From NCBI RefSeq assembly GCF_006345805.1, contig NC_043006.1:93930001-93994000 (forward strand): 64,000 nucleotides of DNA, read 5' to 3'. Shown here one piece after another: positions 25,555-37,359 of this stretch; the stretch's first letter is position 1, and each line of letters starts with the position of its first letter. A program made the translations under genes and the position numbers. The notes beneath the pieces are model-generated. The model ran no database searches. It was not told the origin of the DNA and saw nothing but the letters and a program-made list of their open reading frames with translations. Origin of the DNA: Octopus sinensis. Taxonomy: Eukaryota.

Positions 25555-25863
25555 TCTTTATATATAAAACTGAAGTTGTCTGTATGAGAGTCTGTCTCCT
25601 CCGATTTAGATTCCTAACTACCCCCACATTTTGCGGTGCAGTTTAACCAAAAGCGGGTATCTTATAGTCGTGATTCATATCGAGCCCTTCTGGGTATTAG
25701 CGCGCGTCTACGATGAGTTTACGATTTAAAAAAAAATTTACCATCATTTTTTCGTTTTATTAATGCATTTTTATGCTCGGTTATATAAGGGAAGTAACTC
25801 TCTAAAAATGCTTATATAGTTATTTCCCTTACAAACCCGAGCAACGCCGGGCGATACTGCTAG
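25555..25863 (+). mobile_element. Non-autonomous Helitron, 309 bp, canonical ends
   Basis: A|TC at the 5' end, subterminal hairpin cccgagcaacgccggg, CTAG|T at the 3' end, no TSD. Confidence 0.85.
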
Positions 25864-25982
25864 TATGTATATATATATATATAGTTAATCCAAACATGAA
25901 AGCACAAAGAGAAAACACAACGCGAGGACGTTGAACAAGTATAGTGTTAATGGACGCTCAGGAAAGGAAAGAAAAAAGGAGG

Positions 25983-26017
25983 ATTTAACGTTTCGAGCGG
26001 AGCTCTTCGTCAGAAAC
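25983..26017 (-). ncRNA. Minimal type I hammerhead ribozyme motif (core intact)
   Basis: Minus strand GUUU-CUGACGA-A-GAGC(UCC)GCUC-GAAA-C-GUU-AAAU. Confidence 0.75.
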
Positions 26018-28229
26018 ATAGGAAAAGGAAAGATCCAAGGAAGGGAAGACGGAGGAAAAAAATCGCCAACGATACACACGCGGTCAAGCGCAGGAGTAGC
26101 TTGCTCAACTGGTACTTTATTTTGTCCGAGAGGATGAAAAGCAGAGTCGACGTCGGAAGCATTTGAATTCAGAACATGAAGAACCGAAAGAAATACCGCT
26201 AAGCGTTTTGTCCAACGCGCTAATGATTCCGCCATGGGAAAATAACATGTGTCTTCCTCTCTTAAAACAAACAGGCTTTCAGAGTAACCTCAAAGGTGCA
26301 GTTAAAGGAAGTCATGATATAGTGTCTGTCAGTCGGAACAGGACAATGGAAGTGTGTGCCTAGTTTTCGAAACTAACGTAAGGGAAGAAAATGGGCTGAG
26401 CTGGTTTGGCTGGGTTCCAAATACGTTGGAGGAAAAAACACAGGGATTAAGTCAGGTTTTCCCTAACTCTTTTGTTACTTTTGTTGTGTTGTAGGAAGAA
26501 GTAGAGAGTAGCGAAGTGACTGCAAATGAGATTTGGTTGGATAGGTCTTTATGCAAAAGTAAGTCTTGATGACTGTTGAAGACTACGGAGCCATATCGCA
26601 TAAAGTCCAGCCGTTACACGTGTAGTAGTAAGAATTGTTAAAGGATTTCGTTCCTAAAAGGAGTAAAAGCAGATGAGGAGAGATAGTAGTGAACAGCTGC
26701 AGAGACTGTAGAGAGAAAAGGTTCTGAAAGCTTCCTGGTCATGGCTTCTTAAACGGTGGATTAAGAGCAGATTAACCAGAAGCTAACGACCAAGAAGTTG
26801 AGGACAAAGATACTGAGTCATCACCCACCCCACGCAACCCTTTACCCACTTCTACCGATTCCTCGTCTTACAGAAAAGAAATGAAGAAAGTTGGGGAAAT
26901 TGGAAACGAAAAAGTTGTTAAGAAAGAAAAAGAACAAACCAAACGGAAGGAATGTGGAACAAACAAATATCGGTTTACCCGTTTTCCAGAAGAAACCAAG
27001 ATGAAGAAGCCCGCCTATTCTTTGGAAGCTATGAGGTTTGCAGCGGTGCCATCACAAAATGAAGATTTCAGGGACTTCTTGAAATACCTGCAGGAGAAGA
27101 ATGGGATTGCTGGTGCGTGAAGAGATGAAGGCAGAGTTTAAAATGCACACGAAGGACTGACTTCAGGTGAAAACCCTAACAAAAGTTTTCCATGAGCTAT
27201 CAGGAATATGAAGGCCCCTTCCTGCCAAATTCCACAGCTGAACTGCTAACAATCACATATGAGAAGCCACTTCACTTCGTGTACAAAGGATTTGTTCATA
27301 GTAATTGATGTAGGAAGCCCTGATGCGAGTCGGGGGGGCATCTCCAGTGTGGGGATCTGTTTCATTATTTCTTTTCTTGTTTCTTGTTTAAATAACGTCT
27401 GCCTCAATTGCATCTTGTTTATACCTATTTCTTTACTACCCACAAGGAGCTAAACACAGAGGACAAACAAGGACAGACACGGATATATCGATTATATCGA
27501 CCCCAGTGCGTAACTGGTACTTATTTAATCGCTCCCGAAAGGATGAAAGGCAAAGTCGACCTCGGCGGAATTTGAACTCAAAACGTAACGGCTTGTTTAT
27601 CTTGCCGTTTCTATAACAAAGTGTTGTCATATTGTTCAATGGGTATTACTACTGGTTCAACTGCGTTTATGTATATATGAACCTTGCAAGGACTGTGCAA
27701 TCAAAGATGACTTTTATTTTTTACTTGCAGGATCTCGAAGGGAGAGTGCTCATCCTAGATTTGAAGACAACACTCTAATCGACCCCACCTCCATTGTGCT
27801 GGTTACTTAGTCTGCATATGAGGTCAGTACCTTCCTTTATTTTCAAAGTTTTGTAGTTGTGCAGCAAGTAGCATGTCTGTTTCTATTTTTTATTCCAAAG
27901 ATTGTCAACCATTATTAGAAGTCATCCAAGACGAATCCTTCTCTGTCGAGTCTTGCAGGGATCACAGAGTGGGGTTTCTCACTACTTTTTTCAATAAACT
28001 TTTTAAAAAGTTATTTAAAAACCCGTCGAGTTGGCAGAATCGTTACACGCCAGACAAAATGTCATTAAGTATTACGTTCTGAGTTCAACTTCCAGCTTTA
28101 CCTTTCCTCCTTTCCTGATCGATAAAATAAATACCAGTTAAGCATTGGCGTTGACATGATAGATTGACCCTTTCCCCCAAGTCTACGGGCGTTATGCCAA
28201 AATTGTATCCCTTTTTATCTCTCAGCGAT

Positions 28230-29850
28230 TTAATGGTTACCTTCCTGTGGTAATGTGCCATCGGGTTTAATTTTTTAGTTTCTCTTCACAATTAAAACAA
28301 CATAGTTTAGCCCAAACTACATTCTAATATCCTTGTTGAATACTCTTACTTCTTAGATCAGAGAATTCGTGTTTTGTTGTTGTTGTTGTTGTTTCATTTT
28401 TTGCGTACACTTTGTGGTCATCCATATAAAGCAGCATTATTTTTGCCCTAGTTATGGTAAACCTGTAGACAGGCCTGGATTTTCTCTGTATACTTGTCAG
28501 AGAGACTAACACAAGCACGAAAATCAGTGAAGAAAACAAGTCACCCAGAAAGACTCTCTACGAATTTTCACATTTCCAAATGAGTCATTTCCTCATGTTA
28601 ATCCTAATCCTTCTTTCGATGATCTCATTGGAGATTTTTGAGGTATTTTTCTTTTCTAAAAACAACACTATTATTCTTCTCATTGACCTTGATTGTTCTC
28701 AGACCCAAGAGTCAGCAGTGTGGAACGTTGTCGATAGATTACATGTATTCCATCCAGCCAACAGCTAAATTCTTTTTACTTAATCGTACCCTTACTTGGT
28801 ACCCTCCTATCAATATACAACCGATCGACAGTTCCCTTTGACTTTTTTCTGCTTCCCTTTTGCGCCCCTGCCAATAAATTCTCTTTCTCCAGAAAGTTAT
28901 ATATTTCATCTGCCACGGGGCCAGTTGATAATTCCAGAAGAATAATAAGCTTGGATTATAATTGATTACTTCCTTTTTCTTTCCTTTGTCCTTCTGTCCC
29001 ATCATTGTTGTTCCTCTTGTCATCCATGTTGTGAGCTTCATTTTCTCTGCAATGAGTCATATATGGCTGTGTATACTTAGGAGATTTTCGAGCCATAATC
29101 CTTGAACACAATCTGATCCAGTAATTTCCTAAGCCATCTCTTTCACTTTATCTTCGTTACTATTTATATTCCCTTGAAGGCGGCGAGCTGGCAGAATCGT
29201 TAACAGGTCGGAAAAAATGCTAAGCGATATTTCGTCCGTTTTTACATTCTGAGTTTAAAATCCGCCGAGTTCGACTCTGCTTTTCAGCCTTTCGAGTTCG
29301 ATAAAATAAGTACCAGTTACGTACTAGGGTCGATATAATCATCTTACCCTCCCCTTAGACTGATGGTTGTGCCAAGATTCGAAACCAATATTTATATTCT
29401 CTTGTTTTGATCTTGTCACATTTCTCTTTTCAATTTCCATAACCAATCTCTCCTCTTTCATGCTGAACTCTTTCGCTCCAATATATCTGACCAAAAATGC
29501 TTTGCTGTTTCGGCATCTCGAACACCATTCCTCTGAAGTTCCTTCTCATCATTCTCCTGAGGTTCCTTCAGATGTTGATAAAATTTTCTTTCATGGTTTC
29601 TACAGAAACCATTCTGCTGGAATTGGTTTATTATTTGTTGGTATCTCATTTTAAAATTCATTTTTCATTTTAAAATTCTTTTACCTGATATAGCCTCTTG
29701 TGTGGGGGATGGGAGTGGAGAGGGGTGTTATCACTTCTTTAACTTCTTGTAATCCTCCGTTTCGACTGCTTTTCTGTGTCTTCTCCGTCCTCATTTCAAT
29801 GATTGCATTTATCCTTCCAAGTTATTTACTGAACTGTCCATTAATAGTCT
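28230..29850 (-). mobile_element. R4/Dong-clade non-LTR retrotransposon fragment (RT region), interrupted by a SINE
   Basis: Ordered motifs RYQQ.INQFQQN, FWSDI, NYNP, LAVGWMEY, LGDLFSSLIF, LLYMDDHKVYAKNE, FNKDIRM*FGL; stops and frameshifts. Confidence 0.85.
29176..29375 (+). mobile_element. SINE family 2 inserted in the R4/Dong RT fragment; other copies at ~26095-26235 (-), ~27421-27600 (-), ~28005-28200 (+) and ~30465-30634 (-)
   Basis: Same head and body as 20925-21158. Confidence 0.8.
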
Positions 29851-29855
29851 TATCA

Positions 29856-30359
29856 TTGAGTGAGAGACCAATGCATTCCATCAAATTGACATTGGGGTTA
29901 CATATACAAATCATGACTACCCGTCTGATAAGGGTACACCAGGCACATGCATCACAACCATATGTGCACGACATGATGACCTTATATTAAGATAAACAGC
30001 ACATGACCGTGAAAGTGGGGCCCCAGTTAGAATTTTCTTCAAGTCGAGTAGCTCATCCCGCTCAAAAGGTCCTTGAATAAGGGTCGTTAAGTATGTTGAT
30101 CAAAACACCCATGTTTCCAGAGGGATATTATTGAAACCCCAAAGAATTCCTTTCAACACATGTCTATGATGCTCCTCCACTACTTCTGCTCGTGATCAGA
30201 GATGCACATATCGTCAGCCACTAAGAGACATGCTCAACTGGTTAAGGTCAAACAACTGACAAGCAAATCTGTGGTATTGAGCAGAATATTGCTGTAGCCC
30301 ATCTTTTATACCAAGACAAAACAATGTACATGATAACACTTCCAATCAGTTACTGCATC
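29856..30359 (-). repeat. ~500-bp retro-like module, copy 1
   Basis: Similar end to end to 31698-32231; abuts the R4/Dong RT fragment. Confidence 0.85.
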
Positions 30360-30639
30360 AGGGCATTTTTTTTTATCATCATCATCATCATCTTCATTAT
30401 TATTATTATTATTATTATTATTTTTATTTTCTACTCTAGGTACAAGACCCGAAATTTTGGGAGAGGGGCCAATCGATTAAATCGACCCAAGAACGCAATT
30501 GGTGCTTAATTTATTCAGCCCGAAAGGATGAAAAGCAAAATCGACCTTGGCGGAATTTGAACTCAGAACGTAAAGACAGATGAAATATCGCAAAGCATTT
30601 CGCCCGACGTGCTAACGTTTCTGCCAGCTCGGCGCTTTA

Positions 30640-31683
30640 TTTATACTTTATTGCCTTTGCACAGCTTCTAACGCTGGAGATGTACTACGGTGTCAGCTGT
30701 TCACTACCAGTGAACTAAGGTAACACCTCTTATTTTTCGAGCACCTTCCGGAGTATTCGAACGGTTCCAAGCAGTTTCTGTTTTATGCAAGTGCTCCACC
30801 CTTATTGTAGCCCCTATTTGTTCCATGTACTTCTCGAGATTTTTGCTCCCTGTTCCCAGGGCTCCGACAATTATTGGTACTACTGTTACCTTTTACATCG
30901 ACCACAACTGCTTAACTTCCCAAGCTATCCTGTCATATCTATCGACTTTTCTTTCTTCCTTATTGCATATCTTGTTTTCAGCTGGGCATGCTATATCTAT
31001 GATCCAGCATAGTTTGCTTTCTTTCTCAATTACGACTATATCCGGCTTCCTATTTTCTATCTCATGGTCGCACTGAATCATATAATTCCACAGGATCTTT
31101 GCATTTATGTTTTCGACAATGACTTCAGGTTTTTATGGCCGTACCAATCTTTTGCTCTGTCAAGTCCATACTTGTTTCAAAGTGTCCAATGAACAAGCCT
31201 TGCTATATTGTAGTAGCGTCTCTTATATTCCTTATGGGTTAGTGGCGTACATTGGCTGGTAATATGCCATACAGTTTCACCGTTTTGTCCACAGATTCTG
31301 CACTTATCACTTTCTGATTTGTTGTCTACTCTGTATTTCATGTAGTTTGTTCTTAGTGCTTGCTCTTGGGCAGCACAGATTAGAGCCTCCGCTTCCGATT
31401 TTAAATCACTTTTAGTCATCCACAGCCATCTTTTTTCTCTGTCTTATCTTCAATATCCCTATGAAATTGACCATGCATTCTTTTCTTTACCCACCTAATT
31501 TCAGTTTCATCCGTTTTCAATTTCTTTTACAGTGCTTTATCTTTGCAATCTTCCATCCTACACAAGCCTCACCTTCTTAATTCTAATAATAGCGATTCTG
31601 TGGCATTGTTTACATACAATGCTATGTTGTTTTCTTCTGCTCTAATGCTGTGTTCGTATCCAATAAGTACCCTTCCCACTCTT
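30640..31683 (-). mobile_element. R4/Dong-clade 5'-truncated 3' end with Zn knuckle and restriction-like endonuclease
   Basis: MHGQF, LKSEAEALICAAQEQALRTNY, CRICGQNGETVWHITSQC (CCHC), RKPDIVV..IIDIACP..KVDRY (PD-(D/E)xK), VPIIVGALGT, LGTVRILRKVLE*, then a short 3' UTR. Confidence 0.92.
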
Positions 31684-31697
31684 TATTATTATTGTTA

Positions 31698-32231
31698 TTG
31701 AGTGAGAGAGCAGTGCATTCCATCAAAGTGACACTGGAGTAAAATATACAAAACCCACTATACGCATCATGACTACCCGTCTGATAAGGGTACACCAGGC
31801 ACATGCATCACAACCATGTGTGCGCAACATAGTGATCTCATATGAAGACAAACAGCACATGACCTTGCAGGTGGGGCCCCAGTTAGAATTTTCTTTTGGT
31901 CCAGTAGCCCATCCCGCTCAAAAGGTCCCTGAATAAGGGTTGTTTTAAGGATGTTGAAAGAAACACCCATGTTTCCAAAGGTGAATTATCCAAACCTCTA
32001 AGAATTCCTTTCAACAGACGGCTATGATGCTCCCCCACTACTTCTGCTCATGATCAGAGATGCACATATCGTCAGCCACTAAGGGACATGCTCAACTGGT
32101 TAAGGTCAAACAACTGACAAGCAAATCTGTGGTATTGAGCAGAATATTTATACCAAAACAAAACAATGTATATGATAACACTACCAATCAGTTAAGATCA
32201 GAAACCACAAGAGCCACTGCCTGGTACTGCA
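31698..32231 (-). repeat. ~500-bp retro-like module, copy 2, with (AAT)n tail
   Basis: Minus strand ends ...gatggaatgcactgctctctcactcaataacaataataat and runs into the R4/Dong 3' fragment. Confidence 0.85.
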
Positions 32232-32265
32232 TTATTATTTTTATTATTATTATTATTATTAATTA

Positions 32266-32308
<43 letters not shown>

Positions 32309-32385
32309 ATTATTATTATTTATTATTATTATTATTAATTATTTTTATTATTATTTATTATTATTATTATTTTATTTTTATTATT

Positions 32386-32418
<33 letters not shown>

Positions 32419-32507
32419 TTTATTATTTTTTTTATTATTATATTATTTTATTATTATTATTATTATTATTATTTATTATTTTTATATTATTATTATTATT
32501 ATTATTA

Positions 32508-32543
<36 letters not shown>

Positions 32544-32715
32544 TATTATTTTATTATTATTTTTATATTATTATTATATTATTATTATATTTTTATTATT
32601 ATTATTATTATTTTTATTATTATTATTATTATATTATTATTATTATTATTATTTATTATTATTATTATTATTATTATTTATATTATTATTATTTATTATT
32701 ATTATTATTATTATA

Positions 32716-32746
<31 letters not shown>

Positions 32747-32769
32747 TATTATTATTATTTTTTTTATTA

Positions 32770-32800
<31 letters not shown>

Positions 32801-32854
32801 TATTATTATTATTATTATATTATTATATTATTATTTATTATTATTATTATATTA

Positions 32855-32886
<32 letters not shown>

Positions 32887-32935
32887 TCATTATTATTATT
32901 ACTATCATCATCATCATCATCAGCAGCAGCAGCAG
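32230..32935. repeat. ~700-bp imperfect (TAT)n tract ending in (CAT)n(CAG)n
   Basis: Direct reading. Confidence 0.98.
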
Positions 32936-33294
32936 TATAATATATATTCTAACTAAAACTATGTACATAAATAGGTCTCTATTATTGATATCTCTTTGTT
33001 AGATACACCTGAGAGATTTTAGCAGCAGCAACGTGATATTGAATAAATTGAAAATGCTTGTTAGGTTTCGCACTGACCCTGTTGGATATAAACTCGGTTG
33101 CACTTGTTTGTAAATGAAAACGCTTCAATTTATCTCTGGTTGTGAAGGAAGTAACAAATCGTTTGACAGAGGTACTTAGGGCTCTCCACATAAGTAATTT
33201 GAATCTATTTCACTATATTTCGGTCAGTCTATCAAGCTAGATATCTCTTATTTGATTCTATTCACGTAAACACCACACACACCCACACAACACA

Positions 33295-33338
<44 letters not shown>

Positions 33339-33572
33339 ATGTACTTACGTGCATGTGTATAGTGGACGATAGTAACCTACACAGAGCAATAAATTAACGC
33401 ATGCAGTTGCATCTATTTGTACACACGAGAAGCACTATGGATGAAATCACGTTAATGATTTTTATCATGTAGTCACGTTAATGATTTTTATCATGTAGTC
33501 AGCATGAATTGAAAAGTTATAGTTATTTATATATTAAATTAATAATTATATATATATATATATATAATATAT

Positions 33573-33982
33573 AGGCGCAGGAGTGGCTGTGTGGTAAGTA
33601 GCTTGCTTACCAACCACATGGTTCCGGGTTCAGTCCCACTGCGTGGCATCTTGGGCAAGTGTCTTCTACTATAGCCTCGGGCCGACCAAAGCCTTGTGAG
33701 TGGATTTGGGAGACGAACTGAAAGAAAGAAGCCCGTCGTATATATGTATATATATGTGTGCGTTTTGTGGTCTGTGTTTATCCCCCTAGCATTGTTTGAC
33801 AACCGGTGCTGGTGTGTGTTTACGTCCCCGTCACTTAGCGGTTCGGTAAAAGAGACCGATAGAATAAGTACTGGGCTTACAAAGAATAAGTCTTGGGGTC
33901 GATTTGCTCGACTAAAGGCGGTGCTCCAGCATGGCCGCAGTCAAATGACTGAAACAAGTAAAAGGTAAAAGAGTAAAAGAGT

Positions 33983-33983
<1 letters not shown>
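33573..33983 (+). mobile_element. Full-length tRNA-derived CORE-type SINE (family 1, OR2-like)
   Basis: A box tggctgtgtggta, B box ggttcagtccc, CORE-like cttgggcaagtgtctt, central microsatellite, (GTAAAAGA)n tail; inserted in (TA)n. Confidence 0.85.
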
Positions 33984-34051
<68 letters not shown>

Positions 34052-34788
34052 GGTACTATGTATATATGTACTATGTATATATACACACACACACACACAT
34101 ATATATGTATGCATGTATGTAATGCAAAGGAATAGGAATTCTAAATCCAGACTCGCCCAACCACATCGAATGATAGGAAACATTTAGAATCGTTTAGAAT
34201 AAACAAGTTAACTGAACTTCCTCAATTGGTCCATCCTGATTTCGCTTCCATGGAATTTCTTGTGTGTGTGCTTCGTAATCATATTTAATAGAAATCAATT
34301 TTTTCTTCATTCAGGTGGGAACTCAAAGTGAAGTCAAACATGGAAGAACAAAGAACCAGAACGAACGTGGCTTGTTGAAAACTAAACAACAGACTTTGCC
34401 ATAAATACAGTCTAACCAGCCAAACGTTGTTATTGTTGCCATTGTCCTTATTCAGGACCTTATAATCCTTGATCGAGCAAACTGTCTGCCATACGTACCC
34501 TACTCTTGATAGACCTGTCTTTGATTATTCAGACGGTGTGTACTAATGGCTACGTTATTCGAATTGAGCTTTTCAAAAATAATGTCGGATGTAATTTCAT
34601 AGAGAAACTTTGACTGCTATTTCTGGCAGATCGAGTAACAGAGACCCACCCGTTGATTTCTTTTTTCTTTTTTTTTTTGGCCCGGACAAATAACGAAGAA
34701 CACGATAGCAAAGAACAAATGTGATAACAAAGATACCATCTTAACTGATACCTATATCATAGGTTATCAACATACACGCCCACATACA

Positions 34789-34821
<33 letters not shown>

Positions 34822-35420
34822 GCGCGCACTTATATCGAACAGTGAGTATGAGTGCTAAACACCGTATTAGTGGATAAATGTTCTTCATTTGTGGGATAAG
34901 AAGGCTACCATTGGTTTCATGCTGAGAGAAATCTCTCTCAACAAATTATCAAACCTGCCACGGAGAACATTTGTACTCGTCTTGATATTCTAGAAACTAA
35001 ATTATTATTTCTGTGGTGAGATATTATCTGTTATTGTTCCCTGCAGGATCAGTTACTCCATGAAATTGTAACCCAGATTATTTTAGATACCGTGTCAAGG
35101 ACTCATGTTAATTTCTAGTTTTTTTTTTTTCATTTTTATTAGAATAACACCTGCCATTTTTATGTTTTTTTGCAAAGAACATTTTTCTGTAATTTCCACC
35201 AAAAGAAATTATCAATTAATTAATATCATTCGATTTATTTTTCTCCTTTGATTGGTACTTTTAGATTTTAAACGTACCCTCTTGAGTTTTTCTCAACTAA
35301 TTGCATGGATAACATCGCTAGTTAACCGAAGTTTTTCAACTCGTTACACAACTGTTGCTCTACCGTTACTTACATTTAAAGACACCGAGGTGTACGCACC
35401 CTTAACTCACACACGCACTA

Positions 35421-35477
<57 letters not shown>

Positions 35478-35835
35478 CATATATATATATATAAAACCTA
35501 GTTGAGAACCCCTTTCAATGTCTTCTCCAAAGACAGTTAAAATTGCAGTCCTATCTTTTTTGTTGCTATAAAAAAACCTTTATAGACTTCAAATGAATCA
35601 GGATATAATTACCATCATTGTTATTGCGATTTAAATAATTGAGTCCGAAATAATAACATCAACAACAACAACAGCATTAATAATTGTTTCCATTTGGGGC
35701 ACAAAGCCAGATATTAAGAGGGGAGAGTAATACGGTTACATTGATCCCAGCGCCTGACTTGTAGTTTTCTTACCAACCCCGTAGTGATGAAAAACAAAGT
35801 TAACCACGGCATCAACTACTACTAATACAAATACA

Positions 35836-35885
<50 letters not shown>

Positions 35886-35913
35886 CAACAATAACAATAA
35901 TAATAACAATAAC

Positions 35914-35958
<45 letters not shown>

Positions 35959-35970
35959 TTCCACAGTACA

Positions 35971-36837
35971 ATGGGTTCTAAATTTTGGAAAACTGTTAAA
36001 AAGATCCAAATTGCCACCGGCGTTCATCCTTACAGAAATTTAGATTTGGAAAATATAACCTTACCGATCCTGGATATGGAATTTCGTTACATATCACGTA
36101 ACGACGGACAAAAAGAGTTGGTTGGCAAGGGCACATACGGCCGAGTCTACCTGGGTCGCTGCAAAGGGATGCCGAGCTTGGTAGTAGTGAAATGCTTCAA
36201 GAACAAAGACATGAAGGAAATTTGTGCCGAAGCTAAAATTATGAGCCATTTATCAGAAACAGGGGTGGTGCCGAAATGTTTCGGTTTGATCCAGGATGAA
36301 AATTCAGAAATACAACCGTGCTTAGTTCAAGAATATTTCGGACAAGGTGTTACCCTTTCAAAATTTCTCTGTGATTTGCGTGTTACGCTTAAGAGCAAAA
36401 ATTGTATAGGTATCTGTTTGCAACTTTCTCGGGGATTAAAGAAAATACACGCTCAAGGCATTTTATTAAACGATATTAAAACTGATAACATACTTATAGA
36501 TCGATACACTATCGATTTTCAAATTCGCTTTATAGATTTTGGGTGTGCTAGCACCTTGAAAGGAATATCGTTTGATATTTCGGAAAGTGAAAGCTGTTAC
36601 CATGTTGCCCCCGAGGTCAAAGCAAAACAACCAACCAGTACTTCGTCGGATGTGTTCAGTCTGGGTCATGTCTTTGATGCAATTCAGGACCTGATGCGGG
36701 TGGAATGTCTCGTTCCCCTCGTGAACAGCTGCACTATGGACAACCCTAAAAAGCGCACCAGACTTCAAGATCTCGTCGAGGATCTCAAATCTCTTCACCA
36801 CGAGATATTTTATAGAGAAATGAGAAACTGGGATTAA
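35971..36837 (+). CDS. Single-coding-exon protein kinase (288 aa), Ser/Thr-type, non-RD (LND catalytic loop)
   Basis: Uninterrupted ORF with ordered ePK motifs: GKGTYG Gly-loop, VVVK lysine, helix-C Glu (AEAK), LNDIKTDN catalytic loop, DFG, APE, SDVFSLG, subdomain XI Arg. Possible acceptor tttccacAG at 35965-35966 just before the ATG; AATAAA at 37014-37019. Confidence 0.92.
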   Translation: MGSKFWKTVKKIQIATGVHPYRNLDLENITLPILDMEFRYISRNDGQKELVGKGTYGRVYLGRCKGMPSLVVVKCFKNKDMKEICAEAKIMSHLSETGVVPKCFGLIQDENSEIQPCLVQEYFGQGVTLSKFLCDLRVTLKSKNCIGICLQLSRGLKKIHAQGILLNDIKTDNILIDRYTIDFQIRFIDFGCASTLKGISFDISESESCYHVAPEVKAKQPTSTSSDVFSLGHVFDAIQDLMRVECLVPLVNSCTMDNPKKRTRLQDLVEDLKSLHHEIFYREMRNWD

Positions 36838-36948
36838 AAATGCAAACATGCACGTGCGCGCAGACACACACACACACACACACACATACACACACACACA
36901 TATATTCACACGCACCTTCTTATATACAAGCGTACATACGCACATACA

Positions 36949-36987
<39 letters not shown>

Positions 36988-37180
36988 CGATGGATTTCTA
37001 TTCTTTATTTGTGAATAAAAAAACGTTACCAATAGTTTCACGTGGAAAACATTTCCATAATCTTCACACGATCCCAAATAGTATTCTCATCCAAAATAGA
37101 GGAAATTACCAGCAGTTTTAAGTGGATCATTTGAAGAGTGTGTTATTAATCCACAAATAATATATATACACACATATATA

Positions 37181-37232
<52 letters not shown>

Positions 37233-37324
37233 GGGAGAGTTTACGAAATAACAACAAAAGACGAAGACAGGTGGTGTACAAAACAAAGAGATGTATTGTT
37301 ATAACGCTCAGGAATAGAAAAAGT

Positions 37325-37359
37325 CTTTACGTTTCGAGCCTACGTTCTTCTACAGAAAG
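37325..37359 (-). ncRNA. Degenerate hammerhead motif in a related repeat
   Basis: Minus strand CUUU-CUGUAGA-A-GAAC(GUAG)GCUC-GAAA-C-GUA-AAG; A6-to-U change and a helix II mismatch. Confidence 0.45.

Noticed and set aside
33573-33660. tRNA genes at SINE heads
   Set aside because: A and B boxes are present but there is no complete cloverleaf, and each continues into a SINE body.
34300-35100. Isolated AG acceptors at ~34315, ~34456 and ~35047 as coding exons
   Set aside because: The short frames have no recognisable homology; at most they are UTR exon candidates.
35736-36027. Minus-strand poly-Leu and poly-Ile ORFs overlapping the kinase start
   Set aside because: They are antisense translations of the (AAT)n tract.
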